From Haliotis cracherodii (taxonomy: Eukaryota): a stretch of 64,000 nucleotides of DNA. The DNA lies in assembly GCF_022045235.1 (NCBI RefSeq), contig NW_027266266.1, forward strand, positions 1,612,001 to 1,676,000. Reading direction: 5' to 3'. The translations under genes were made by a program, and so were the position numbers. The notes under the pieces are model-generated. The model saw nothing but the letters and a program-made list of their open reading frames with translations. It had not been told where the DNA came from and made no database searches. This document shows, in pieces, positions 52,009 through 64,000 of the stretch (its first letter is position 1; the number at the start of each line of letters is the position of its first letter).

Positions 52009-54006
52009 TACTCAACAACTAAAGTTCCTGTGACACCAATATTTAAGTGTATTTTTCAAACAAGTAAAGTTTGGTTTTCAATATTGTAGTACATGTATGT
52101 AATCAAGTCACAAAAACGCAACTGCTACAGAAAAGCATGCATTCCATGCAAAAGTTGACTTTTATGCAAGCCCCAAAATCGCTACATCCGGGTTCCACAG
52201 CTGCAGGACCATTTCACCACGGCGGCGTCAACATCCTCACAACTACCGGGACTGCATCGAATATCGGATCATACTGTTCGAAATCGTCTGAGAGCAGCCA
52301 GTATTCTAGACAGGAGACCCGTGCAGCGTAACATCCTGCCGCTGCATCATCTCCGTGCACGTCTGCAGTGGTGTCATCAGAGAGTTAAAAGCATTAAGCA
52401 GATGGAGAAGTGTTCAGTTCACAGACGAGTCCCGTTTTCTGCTGGGACGTGCTGATGGACGCGTGTACGGACGTCGTAACTAACATTATGCTGAAAATTG
52501 CGTTCAGCAAGTGGATCGTTTTGGAGGTGGAAAACGTCATGGTGTGGGGAGGCATTCATCACGGAGGCCGGACAGCGCTTGTAGGAGTGGATGGTTCTCT
52601 GGGCTACGCTACCGAGACGAGTTCCTGCAGCGCCACGTTGTCCCCTCCATCAACGCCAATGGCGCCATCTTTCAGCAGGACAAAGCCAGACCCCACGTCG
52701 CACGTGTTTGCACAAAGCTTTTGCGTCAGAACAACGTGCCTACGCTACCCTGGCCTGCCCGCTCTCCAGACTTGTCCCCCTATCTGTGGGACGTGCTGGA
52801 TCGTCGTGTCCGTCAACGTCAACCACCGCCACAGACACTTCAGGAACTATTTGCTGCACTAGAGCAGGAGTGGCAGAACATCCCTCTGGCTGTCATTCGG
52901 ACTTCGATGGTGTCTAGTGGCAGTCGCTGATAGCAGCTCTAAGCAGGCCGTGATGGTTACTGATGGTTTCTGTTCAGTGCATATTGATACATCGCAAAGA
53001 ACAATGAAAGAACGAAGGGTTGTTTATTTTACGATAAAACATTGTTTTATCATGGCGTCTTTTCTGGAGACGTCATTTATTAGACTACGTTATATTTTAG
53101 AGGGGAGTGTCCGATGAGTTGTTCCCCATAGATGTAGCTAGGCAACGCAGAGAAACGCAACTGCCGATCAATCACATCCAAAGTTTAGAGAGATATGACG
53201 ATTGTCATTGGGAAAAGGTGCAGGTAATCGATGTAAGGACTGAGAATGTGTGGGAAATACCCACCTGTGCATAAAATGGACTTGTCCGACATTGACGAGG
53301 TCGGATTCTATTAAGGGAGTCATCAAAATTCAAATACGGGGAAATATTTTGTAACCTTTTACATTTCATCATCAGCCTTTATGAGGTTGTACATAATGTA
53401 GATATCCCTTCAACAAAACAACGTGAATGTCGCTCCCCTGGCCTCTCACCAATCGAGCACATGTGGGCCGGGATGAGATGGATCGGTGCCTTCGACGTCA
53501 ACCACGTGTTCCACGACACTCCAGGAACTGCTCCAGCAGATATGGACAGATATCCCACAGGACTTTGTGCGACGCCTGGTCTGTTCCATAAGACGAAGAT
53601 GTGTTGCTTGTGTACCGGCCATAAAATTTCCGAGTCCCGTGATGGGATTCGAACCACTCACCTTCTGATCCGAGGTCGGACGCCTTGTCCACATGACCAA
53701 AGAGGTTAACCCCGTCAGCATGCTGACAAGGTAAGGATGTCATCTGTGGGATGACTCCACGTCCTGCTACACTTGCATCGCCACCAAAGGTGGACACACA
53801 TAATATTGATTTGTAAATTGACATTTTGGCATGTTCATGTTTTTTATGAATTCACACATTTTCTGAAGTCACTATGGCAGATTAACCATTTTAACACTAA
53901 AAGGAGTCTTTTATCTGTTGCAAACCGAAATTGTTTCAGATTTGGTAAAAAACATAACTTTGCATTAAATCTTATTCAATGTAACAGGAACTTTTGTTGT
54001 TAAGTA
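52009..54006 (+). mobile_element. Duplicate of the composite degenerate Tc1/mariner element at 5296-7248
   Basis: Same TIRs and TA flanks; ORFs 52410-52930 carry VMVWGGI, FQQDKARPH and WPARSPDLSP. Confidence 0.88.
53611..53771 (-). mobile_element. 161-bp solo LTR-like insertion (TGTA..TACA, 4-bp TSD CTTG) carrying a tRNA-Arg(TCG)-like sequence; Helenus-type TRIM candidate
   Basis: Empty paralogous site GTTGCTTGCATCGC at ~7010-7023. CTTG at 53607-53610 and 53772-53775. Minus strand reads TGGTCATGTGGACAAGGCGTCCGACCTCGGATCAGAAGGTGAGTGGTTCGAATCCCATCACGGG. Confidence 0.78.
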
Positions 54007-57000
54007 TATTTATTTTCGAAATAACATTATTATACTCACAAAAGCCTTTCTCCTGGCCAGGTATCACAACAGTGAAAGATCAACTGTGTCTTAAAACTGC
54101 TAAGACATGGCTTTATATAATCAAGAGACAAAACGCATGCTTTTCACATGTCAAAATGGTGTTATTTGGGCGACCCGTTCCAGTATTAAGGATGACATCT
54201 ACCCCTACTAAAATACACCTCAAAAGTTATGATAAAAGAGCACATGGTGTGACAACAAGTGCTACTCATGTAGCCAGTGTTACAATGACGATGGCCAGTG
54301 ACGGACATTCCAAATGTACGGACACTGACTCCGAAGACCCCGCGGTAGCCCGGATACAGTGACGTTCAGTGCTGTGTAACTCTGTCGCTGCACGTGCTCT
54401 CACCGAGGGGGAATGTTTCACGCGACAACAGAAAGCACTATCTGTTGACAATTAGATGATGTGCGGCTCTTCTGATCTCGCATCCAACCATGAAAGAATT
54501 AAATTGTTTTATAGGCATTACTTAGAAGTTGGCGTATGACAAGGTAGACACAATTTTTATGGATAACAACTTCTTTAATACTGTAAAAAGCGACGTTTCG
54601 GTATAGATACTTATACCGTTGTCAAGCACGATCGCTTTTTACAGTATTAAAGAAGTCGTTATCCATAAAAATTGTGTCTTCCATGAAAGGATTTGCAATA
54701 GTATGTTTGACATTTTCAAAAATGAGAGTTGGAGATTCATAGTGACGCCGACTGAATGCGTGACTGTTATAGTGCTTATTGTTGACATGACAGTGCGTGA
54801 CACAGTTGAAGCGTTCGGAATATTGATGATATTTTAAAATATATGTTGCCTATAGAAACCTTTGGGTGAGATTTAACATTGCATCACCGTGTATGATTTA
54901 CTGTAGTGCCATGTGACTTTCTCAATTAAAGTATATTGGAAGCCTGACTTAAGCAATAACAGTTGGACATGATCATGCAGGCAGATAGAGCATTGTGTAT
55001 AAATCAATATGGTGCGTGTGGATGTTTGTGACTCGGGCAGTTAACTGTGATGCCGTACTTGGTAACAGATGAGGTTTAGCTTTGAAAACCTTACATGTAT
55101 TTCTGTTTTTTCTGACACAGACTCTACCAAAATGTCATGTTTGTGTAATTGCTTGCATGAAACTCAGAAAAGATTAGTAGATTGTGCTTACTAACGGATG
55201 AAGTTTAGCTTATATAACATCCGTTATTGCTGACAAGGCGTTTGTGTAATTGTTTACATGAGGCCCAGAAAAGATTAAAAGCCCTGTCAATAATAATACA
55301 ACATCTCGTGTTGTGAAATACAAAGCACAGTTATCAAACAACTCACAACAGCAATGTTCGAAAGTATAAATAAGTTATTCTGAGGAGAATATCACATCTT
55401 CTTTATTAAATGTTTGTTTTACATTCCTGGCATGGTAGGCCTTATAATTTGCATGTGGACATTCTACAGAGCGACAGAAACACGCACTCTATACACAGAT
55501 GCGAGACAGTCCCACATACAGATGATATGTAATATTTTATAACAGGGGGATGGGGTAGCCTCAGAATTAAAGCGTTTGCTCGACACGCCGACAACCCGGG
55601 TTCGATTCCCAACCTCTTTACAGTGTGAGAAGCCAATTTCTGTTGTCCCCCGACGTGTTATTGCGGGACTATTGCTAATGGCGGTGTAAAACAATACGCA
55701 TTCACTCACTCTGCAGTGTTAAAAGCAAACCATGCAATACTCGTCATCCAATGGGTAACAGGTACACTGTGCATCGTAATATTCATATATTACTGCAGCT
55801 CCAATCCTTGATGTATACTTTTGACATTTGAGGTATAATCTACTAAGATATCAAAGAGCATCATACTGCTCTTGCTCAGAAGTTGTTTGATCAAGGTTAC
55901 ACGACTCAAAGCCTTTGTAAAGCTTTCAAAATGTTAATGGTAGGCAGTTTTATGTTTAGGACATTTCCAAATTTAACGCAACAGTGACAAACATGACAAT
56001 GCCATTCCTTATTTTATGTTATCATATGTTCCTGTGTTTATTCAGGTGATCAATTGACTTGCCTTTGTATGTGTTTGTGACGGATATCACCGGTTGGGCA
56101 GGATACGCTCGCATGGTGTCGGGTGCAATTCTTTATTTTGTGCCATATAATCCTGTGTTTTTTCAGAAGATCAATTGACTTGTCATTGCACCGGTTGGCT
56201 CGCCTTTTCGCGAACACCTGGTGTCATCACTACCTGATAGTTACTCATAAACACAATCATGTCCATGACACAGTCGGAATCATACAATCGACTTTAACAG
56301 AGACTTCTTGTGGCTATGGAAAGGGACTTTTCCCTTTATTGATATCTATTGAATATTCTCAACGTGGGTTTAGGCAAACAAAAACCTACATTTGTTTTTA
56401 TTTGTTAAAGTGTTTGTTGCGGAACATACTTACCTTTGCACGAACACCTGGTGTCACCACTCATTTTAAGTGATGCAGTTGTAATCACACCCTAGCATGA
56501 TGTGTGTCCTGTCATTGTCTCATCTTCTCTTCTGTTACTCATTCATCAATAATAATTTTCACCACTATTTTGCCTTTCTCTCCCAACGGAACATCTTTCA
56601 ATTGTGTAAAGTACTGAAATAGATTGCATACAACCCTCATCTTTAGTACTAGGTCCCTGTCTGTGAAAAACAACACAACTGGTTATGTATATTATGGACG
56701 CTCTTATCATGCATTTTCATTCACTTTCATTTTACAGAATGATTAACGGGTATTTCGCACATTCAGAATATTTGGTTGAATTATTAAACTCTCACAGTAG
56801 ATGATCCTTCCTTTCCGTTCTTGTGTTTAGTTTACCTTTAACAAAGTTCATCTTCCAAAACATAACAATCTGTCTCCCGAAAACAGACAATTCACCTGTG
56901 ACTGCACTGTCGATAATGTCAGCTGATTAAGCCAACATGTTGCATCCTCTCTGATATGCGTTCGTCTCATAACCATAAAGATCACAACGATACTTTCAGC

Positions 57001-58264
57001 TGATATATTGTTTTGATAATTAGTTATTTCAAGTTTTGTTATTGAGACATGGAATAAAAACAATAAAAATATCTTTCTATTGTTGAATAGCATAACGTCC
57101 TCATATACACGAAGGTGAAGAAACATACTCGCGTTTGGTGTGCACACTCAGTGCTGGGGCAATGGCAATGCTACATTGATTACCAACAGCTGTCACTTGC
57201 TGGTTCTGTCAACGCAGCCATTAACGCCTGTGTACTGATACATGATAAGTGAAGCGATCAAGGCCAGGTGTAAACATGTGTATCATGAAGTGCACTATAG
57301 CATGAAATGTACAATTACACCCTAGAATGATGCGTGTCCTATCAGAGTCTCATCTTACCTTCTGTTACTCATTCATCAATAACTAAACAGAGATCAAATC
57401 AACGTTTCAGCTTGCATCAGTTAACCCTTACTGTTGTGAACATCTATATTTAATGTACAAAAAATAAAGATGACAATTCTTTACCAGCTCAAATACAATG
57501 AATAAGCAAAGAATTTAGAAAATGGAATGAGGGATGTTATCGATTTATAAAGTATTTTCAAGCAGAATACATTTGCGGTTCATTCTATATTTAATGTATA
57601 TGACAAATTCATGATGGCACTTCTTTTACCAGTTAAAATACAATTAATAAACAAAAATGCTTTGGATTTGTTGGAGGTGCAGCCATGAATTATTTAACGT
57701 AGCTCGTAAGGATTTGATAATAACATGTTCGTGTGAGACGAGAAGGTGATTTAATCAGAATGGATTTTCGCCCTTTTTACCAATATTCTAGCAATATCAC
57801 ATCAGGCTTTTGCATTTTCTGTGTGAGGATATTTACTGAAGGTCATGTAGGTACGTACAGCATGAACCTTTTAAAGCATGTACACTGTGGGTCAACATTT
57901 TGTTTGCATATGTCTACTAATGCTTGAACAGCCAATATATAGCCATACATCTATTTCATTGTTTATTTATGTGGGTCCATACGGTGAAACAAATGTAACT
58001 TGTTTTTATGCAGACATTCATAAAACACGTTTTCAGACTTTTACTTTGCTTGACTTTGTAAATGTAACATATAGGATATATGTCAGAAGCCACATAAAAA
58101 TATTACTAATGATTGCTACACACCCTACTTGAGTGTGATATTAATCTTTCAATCAACTGTAACGTTTGGTAACATTTGTTCAAAAGGATGATGCAAGAGT
58201 AGGTGTTAGGTCCTGGTAGATGAGTATATATGTCTCCCCGTTCTACCTTCACTGTCGGTGTGGA

Positions 58265-60996
58265 ATGAAGTCAATGACGATGCTGCATACAACGTTCATC
58301 CTCCTCCTCAGCCTGGAACTTGGTGCAGGTTACTATAGTTTCAATTATCTTTACAAATGATCATAATCTGTGTATTGATGTTAACGTCTTAGCGAGTAGT
58401 TGTATGCAGAATGGGTGTGTTATTTGTAGCTTCGAGTATTTCGTCTTGCAGTTCTCAACAACAAACCTTGCACTTCCAACAATATTTATAAGCATACACT
58501 TTTTTAATCACTAAAAAAGTTGTACTCAGTTTTCAACTATTGAGGTCACTATTCAATTATCCACCCAGTTTGGTACTTGTTTTATAAATCAGACACGTTA
58601 TCTCTGGCGTTCGGAACTAGATATATAGTTTTTATTCACTCGCACACTCTCTATGAAGTTTAACGCATGGTCTATTTGAAGGACATTTTGTCCGTTGCTG
58701 AACGCCACATTCAGCAATATTCCAATTGTATGATGGCGGTCGGTAAAATATCGAGTGTGGATATATAAGCATTTGATTCCACGAGATAAATGACTAGGTG
58801 CGTTTCTGTAATACACTAGTAATGGAGAGGGAAACTTAAAAACACATGATGTGGCCACCTTGCTTTGTGTTTTGGAGGTGCTTCCTTGAAGAAAAACAAA
58901 ACATGTCATTACTCTGTACACGGCTTCCACGAACCGACAGTTCCTGCATGAGCAGAGGTCGCTGCTGAGCCTCTATCTGGGGGAGAAGGTTCTACAGCCA
59001 GTGACCCCTACTCAACAAAGTAAGAACTCGGGTAAACACACCTTTGTGTTTCTGTGTATGTTAAGTCTTTGATGTCAGAAAAGTATGCATAGGATGGTAA
59101 TAATGAAAATAATGAAAAGAAAAAACTTAAAAACACATGACGTGGCCACTTTCCTTTGTGTTTTGGAGTTGCTTCCTTGAAGACAAATAAGACTGATGTC
59201 ATTACTCCGTGCTCGGCTTCCCCGAACATTCAGTTCTGATGGTGATTTCAATACTTTATGATTGCTTTCAATTCATGAAAAGTATGTTGCCGTCGTCTGT
59301 ATTGAACCGTTTACACTATCTCATGTACTTTGAATAATACAGCAAAAAATGCGAAAAGTATAAAATATGCACGTCTCTCCCCGCCATGTATTTATTTGTC
59401 TGAACTGGAATCTATGTTTTTTCAGGTGGAGGAGCTGTGTTCACTCGGTGGGGAAAGACAACATGTCCTTCAGGAAATGATGTCATGTATAAAGGTGAAA
59501 CATTTGGGATAATTTTTCGGAGCGTCAAAAGGATGTAAATAATGTGGGTTTTTTTTAAATGGGGTCATGATTTTTTATGACATTTTAAAAATTGTCAGGG
59601 TGTCAGTTGAATCAAAGTAAACCCTGTAGGCTCTGTTTTGCCTTTCTTCGTTGGGACATATGAAATTAATTTGAAAAGGCCAATATCGAATATACCCCAT
59701 TTCATGTATGAACAATCATGAATGTACTTTACACGAATTGTTTTCGATCAATAGTTATCGGTATATAAATCACATATTATTGTATTTTGGATAGATAATG
59801 CTGCTGTGCCTTCGATTCCAAATTTAATCTTGCACGGTTAAATCTACTGATAACCTAACTCTACACTGGAGACACAGTATGTTAATCTCCATTCTTATAT
59901 CAAAAAAACTCATTGGTGTCAGCAATGTTATATATGGTGAGATGAGATGAGGTTTAACGTTGTGTTCAGGATGATTGCACTTGTATAGCGACGTGAATTC
60001 ACACATTCTGTGTGTGGCTGCTTGTGTGAGCCCTGACTGATGCCAGTTGCATTGTGTTAGCCTACTGAGATACCATAATAAGAAGTTGATGAAATGACAA
60101 TAAGGCTACGCTACATCAAACCATGCATAAATCCATGATAAATCCTGATCATCACGCATACATATCTGATACAACTTCAGTAAACACGCCATGCGAACAT
60201 CAATATTTTTCAGTTATCCATTTACATAATTTCACTACTATTTTGCCTTTTAAACCCAATGGAATCTGTTTCTGTGAACAATCGAAATTGAGTATTCGCG
60301 GTCGTTGACGTTATATATTTGTAAAAGGGTAACCTTTCAGATTAAATATGATAAATAGAATTCACCTCTTGTCTTGCCAAAGACTCGGCAAATTAATTAA
60401 CTAAGACTTATCAATGCATTAACAATATGATGAGCACAAGTATTCTCTAAATTGTTTGGTTTCCAGGCAACTATTTGATTTGACTAAAACACAAATAAAT
60501 GCTTGTCCCTTTCAATCTCCCAGGTTATGCAGGAGGAAGCCACTGCGGGGCCAAGGGTGGACCAGGGACAACTCTGTGCCTTCCTGACTCTCCCATCTAC
60601 GCCAAGCATACTACAGCAGGATCAGGCAGTTATCTTTATGGAACTGAGTATCAAGTTGAACATCCCTCTCTTCCACTGCGAAACATGATTCAACACGATG
60701 TACCTTGTGTGGTGTGCCGCAGTCGTCACAGGAGGAGTGCTGTCATGGTCCCTGCCAGCAATGCGTGCTTCCCTGAGTGGCATCTGGAATACAAGGGGTA
60801 CCTCTTCGGGGGAGCCACTACACACACAGGTTCAAGTGATTACGTGTGTGTGGATGGAGACCCAGAACCCATAAGGGGAGGCCATGAAGACAAAAACGGA
60901 CATCTCTTGTACCCGGTGGAGTCTAAATGTGGCGCTCTTCCTTGTCCACCATATGTTGATGGTTGGGAGATGACCTGTGCTGTTTGTACAAAATAA
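58265..60996 (+). CDS. G4: secreted C4-like NC1 domain paralog, intact only if exon 2 is skipped. join(58265-58328,59426-59494,60524-60996), 201 aa; exon 2 (58878-59031) is frameshifted
   Basis: Exons 1, 3 and 4 are open and joined in phase 1; donor is GTTACT. Exon 2 is 154 nt (2-nt deletion at ACTGAT). A partial second exon-2 copy at ~59169-59241 ends in TGA. Could be a pseudogene. Confidence 0.68.
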
Positions 60997-62679
60997 AACA
61001 CTCCATATTGTCCAAACTATCTGTCAAGTATGTACATTAACTGTGTCTTACATACATCCGAAACACATTCAGCTTTCCTAAGACTAATGATATCCATTTA
61101 AAACTGTGAAGATCCGGGATAGAATAGGTCTTCAGCAACACATGCTTGTCGTAAGAAGCGACTTAAGGCGTTAAACAACAAACAAACCAAACAAACATAC
61201 AATGTGTATGTAAGTTTATTAAGGTGCATGAGGCACAAAAGGCAGCATGTGGTCGTCTCATTATGTAAGGACAAACTGACCACGTTGACCAGTCAGTTCA
61301 GTTATTATTGCCTGAAGGTCATAGCTGAAAACTTATCGTCAATCCATAGAGAATACTACACTATTCTCGTTAGATACCACTTCTACGAAACGAGTGGACT
61401 TTCTATATGGTATCTGACCGAGTGAAAGCAAGGGTCAAATACCAGAGAATGTTCACGAGTGAACATTGACATATGCCCAAATATGAGCATTGTTGACATT
61501 TCTATGCATAAGCATAAACAACATGCTCCTACTGTTGTGTTTGCTAACATAACAGCATCGACGTTCAAGATGCTTTTTGAAGAATTTCTTCAACTTTTGG
61601 TAATTCAAGTGCATTGTTGTTAGTACGCAGCACATCTATCAGAAAATTTTAAAAGTCGAATGATTTGTATCGGAAATGTTCACGTTTAGTGATCTGGTCA
61701 TGCTGCTGTGTATGTTCATTCATAAACAAACAACTTCGGAAGCACAAAATGTCACAAAATACGTTTCTAATGGCGACACTGATGGCACAACCGGAGCCTC
61801 AAACGGAAGTCTAGATATCTGTCCAGATAGTTTACACTGACTTCATTTCACAACGCTTAACCTTTTATGTTAAATCAAATTGAAAGTTGCGAAAGTGGTC
61901 GGGAGCGTCATTGGGACCCTCGATCAATCGGTAGACATTGCATATGGACAGCCTAAAAGCTCGATTATATAATATCTACAGTAGCTCTATGCATAACTAA
62001 TATAGAATGCAGAGCGAATTTAATACGTGTGACGATCTTGTTTGGTTTAATAAAGTGTTGTAAATATATCTCGCTTTGGTAATATACCTTCACTTCTGCC
62101 ATGTAGTTGTAAAACTGAATGACGAAAGGCGATAGTTATGAATGAAAAAGTACTCCCGTGTGACAGAGGTCACGGTTATCCATTCAAAATGAATAAAACG
62201 AGGTTCACCTTGTACGACACACGTGTGTCGTACGGATTGAGTATCTTGAAACCTGTTTTCTTCACCACGTGGCATGGGTAATAAAGTACTGGACATCATG
62301 AGGATCGATCCACGCAATTGGGATACGATGACGTGCATCAACCAAATCAGCGAGTCTGACCACCCGATCAAAGTCGCCTCTTACGACAAGAATAGTCGCC
62401 TTTTATGACAAGCATGGAAGAGCCATTCTATACCGGATCTTGACGGGTCTTTAAGTTTACTGGTGTACATCAGACACAAAAGGCAGCAATTGGTTGCCAC
62501 ATTTTGTAAGGACAGACGGACCACGTTGACCAGACAGTTTAGTTATTGCTGGCTGAAGGTCCTAGCTTCGCCACTGATGAGCTTCTGGTCAGTGTCATTA
62601 CACAAGGTATTTAACATGTATGGTTTCCTAATTGATAAAGGGTCAGCATTGCAGCTTATCAAATCCAACGAATCCAACG

Positions 62680-63065
62680 AATCCAACGAATCCAACGTCG
62701 GCTTTTTGACAGCTGGTGCAGCTATGTATATGGTAGTGAAGACCAATTTCATTTTGTTCTTCCTTTGTGAAAATGTTTCACCCGGGTGTCCGATTTACCG
62801 TCACAGGTGGAGTGTGTCCATGTCCGTGCCAGGAGCGCATGCTTTCCTTCGTAGTATTTTGGAACGGTGTCTCTGCGGTAACTGGTGCACACCATAGATA
62901 CTGTTCTTTTAACAGTTGATGTTTGAACACAGAAATGTACAATGAGCACAGCTTGTAATACGAAAAGTCAGATACAGAAGCTCACTGATCTTCAGTGTGG
63001 TGGGGTACTCGTTTGCGAAATGGTTCCTCATAATAGAGTCACATATGTTGTGTCGTTTTTACTTA
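62680..63065 (+). pseudogene. Decayed last-exon remnant of the older paralog (copy d)
   Basis: SYVYGSEDQFHFVLPL..RHRWS..QCGGVLVC; colinear with 28705-29095; preceded by (AATCCAACG)4. Confidence 0.72.
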
Positions 63066-64000
63066 AAAGCAATTAAAACACACCTGTGACGTCATTCCAT
63101 TGTTTGAACGCTCCATTATCTTTCAGGAATAGAGAGTTGCTTGTCAACTGTACATTATCTTGAAGCAACATTTGAATTAATTTCCACTTGAAACAGACGG
63201 AACTATTTTTTTACATTTATTTACAAGTGAATATTTTCAGTTTTTTTCGAAAACTTCTGTCGCCAGCGCTGTTCAAACCCGCATCGTTAGATTTGAAAAC
63301 GTGTAATTGTCAACCTCAGCTACTGCGGCACATGAAGGCATGATGTGAAATTAACTATTAAATATTTTCATAATGATATGTATATATTTTGTGTTAGAGC
63401 AGGTTACCCCCAACAATGTTCATATTTATAGATAGTTAGATAAAACTTTGACGAGAAAAAACAAATAAGGTATTATAAATATCGCTTGTTCAGGGCTCTA
63501 TATTTCCAATTATACCCATCAGCATGTATTAACAATGTGCAACCGATTGATAAATACTAGTTTAGGACCCAACAAAATTATGAAGAGCCGTGTACCATGC
63601 ATTGTTAATGTCTACTCGCCACTGAGCTTGGCGCACGTGCAACAGCGGCAGAGAACACATTCCTCGTGCATCACACAAGGTCGACTCACGCAGTATAAAT
63701 ACAGACAACAAAGAGTTCTGGTTTATTTTTTAAATATTTTCAACTACAGAATATTTGTCAAAGTGTAAAAGTAGGGATGAGTTTTAAGTAGGGGAATATC
63801 TTCGTGTAGAAATATTGAAATTTCCTCTGATTATGTAGGATAGATGGTAGCATTTACGTGCTTAATAGCTCCTTACCGATATGTAGTTCGCTTGGGACAG
63901 CACGTTTCAGATCTTGCCCCACGTGCGGGCACGTGCGTTTGTCGGCTGCATGCCGATTTAGTGTTTACAGTCGTGGGTCGTATGGTAAGAGAGCTCCGAT

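Larger units (their letters stand above)
50060..55340 (+). repeat. Segmental duplicate of ~3210-8590 (48190-48395 also matches ~3000-3205)
   Basis: Colinear high similarity throughout, including the composite Tc1 element. Confidence 0.93.

Noticed and set aside
53630-53705. Functional tRNA-Arg gene; likewise the tRNA-like heads at 24.2, 24.9, 35.8, 50.0 and 55.5 kb
   Set aside because: The acceptor stem does not pair, and each lies inside a mobile element.

Overview
Repeat-rich, AT-rich animal genomic DNA. The SINE types suggest a mollusc, most likely a gastropod such as abalone (inference). The window holds a head-to-tail cluster of four paralogous + strand genes, G1-G4, with ATGs at 9134, 20847, 38434 and 58265. 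Each has 4 exons and all introns are phase 1. They encode a secreted ~253-aa protein: signal peptide, a 52-aa linker/helix exon with one Cys, and a 10-Cys NC1-type domain of the spongin short-chain-collagen-related ('short-chain collagen C4-like') family, with no Gly-X-Y helix. G2 and G3 have intact frames. The symmetrical exon 2 is independently broken in G1 (nonsense) and G4 (frameshift), and G1 has also lost its first splice donor. The copies are sequence mosaics of each other. Each is followed by a decayed last exon of an older paralog. The spacers contain Tc1/mariner elements, Penelope-like retroelement relics, tRNA-derived SINEs, a tRNA-containing solo LTR with a 4-bp TSD, and 72/77-, 30- and 33-bp satellites. 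No rRNA, functional tRNA or CRISPR was seen.
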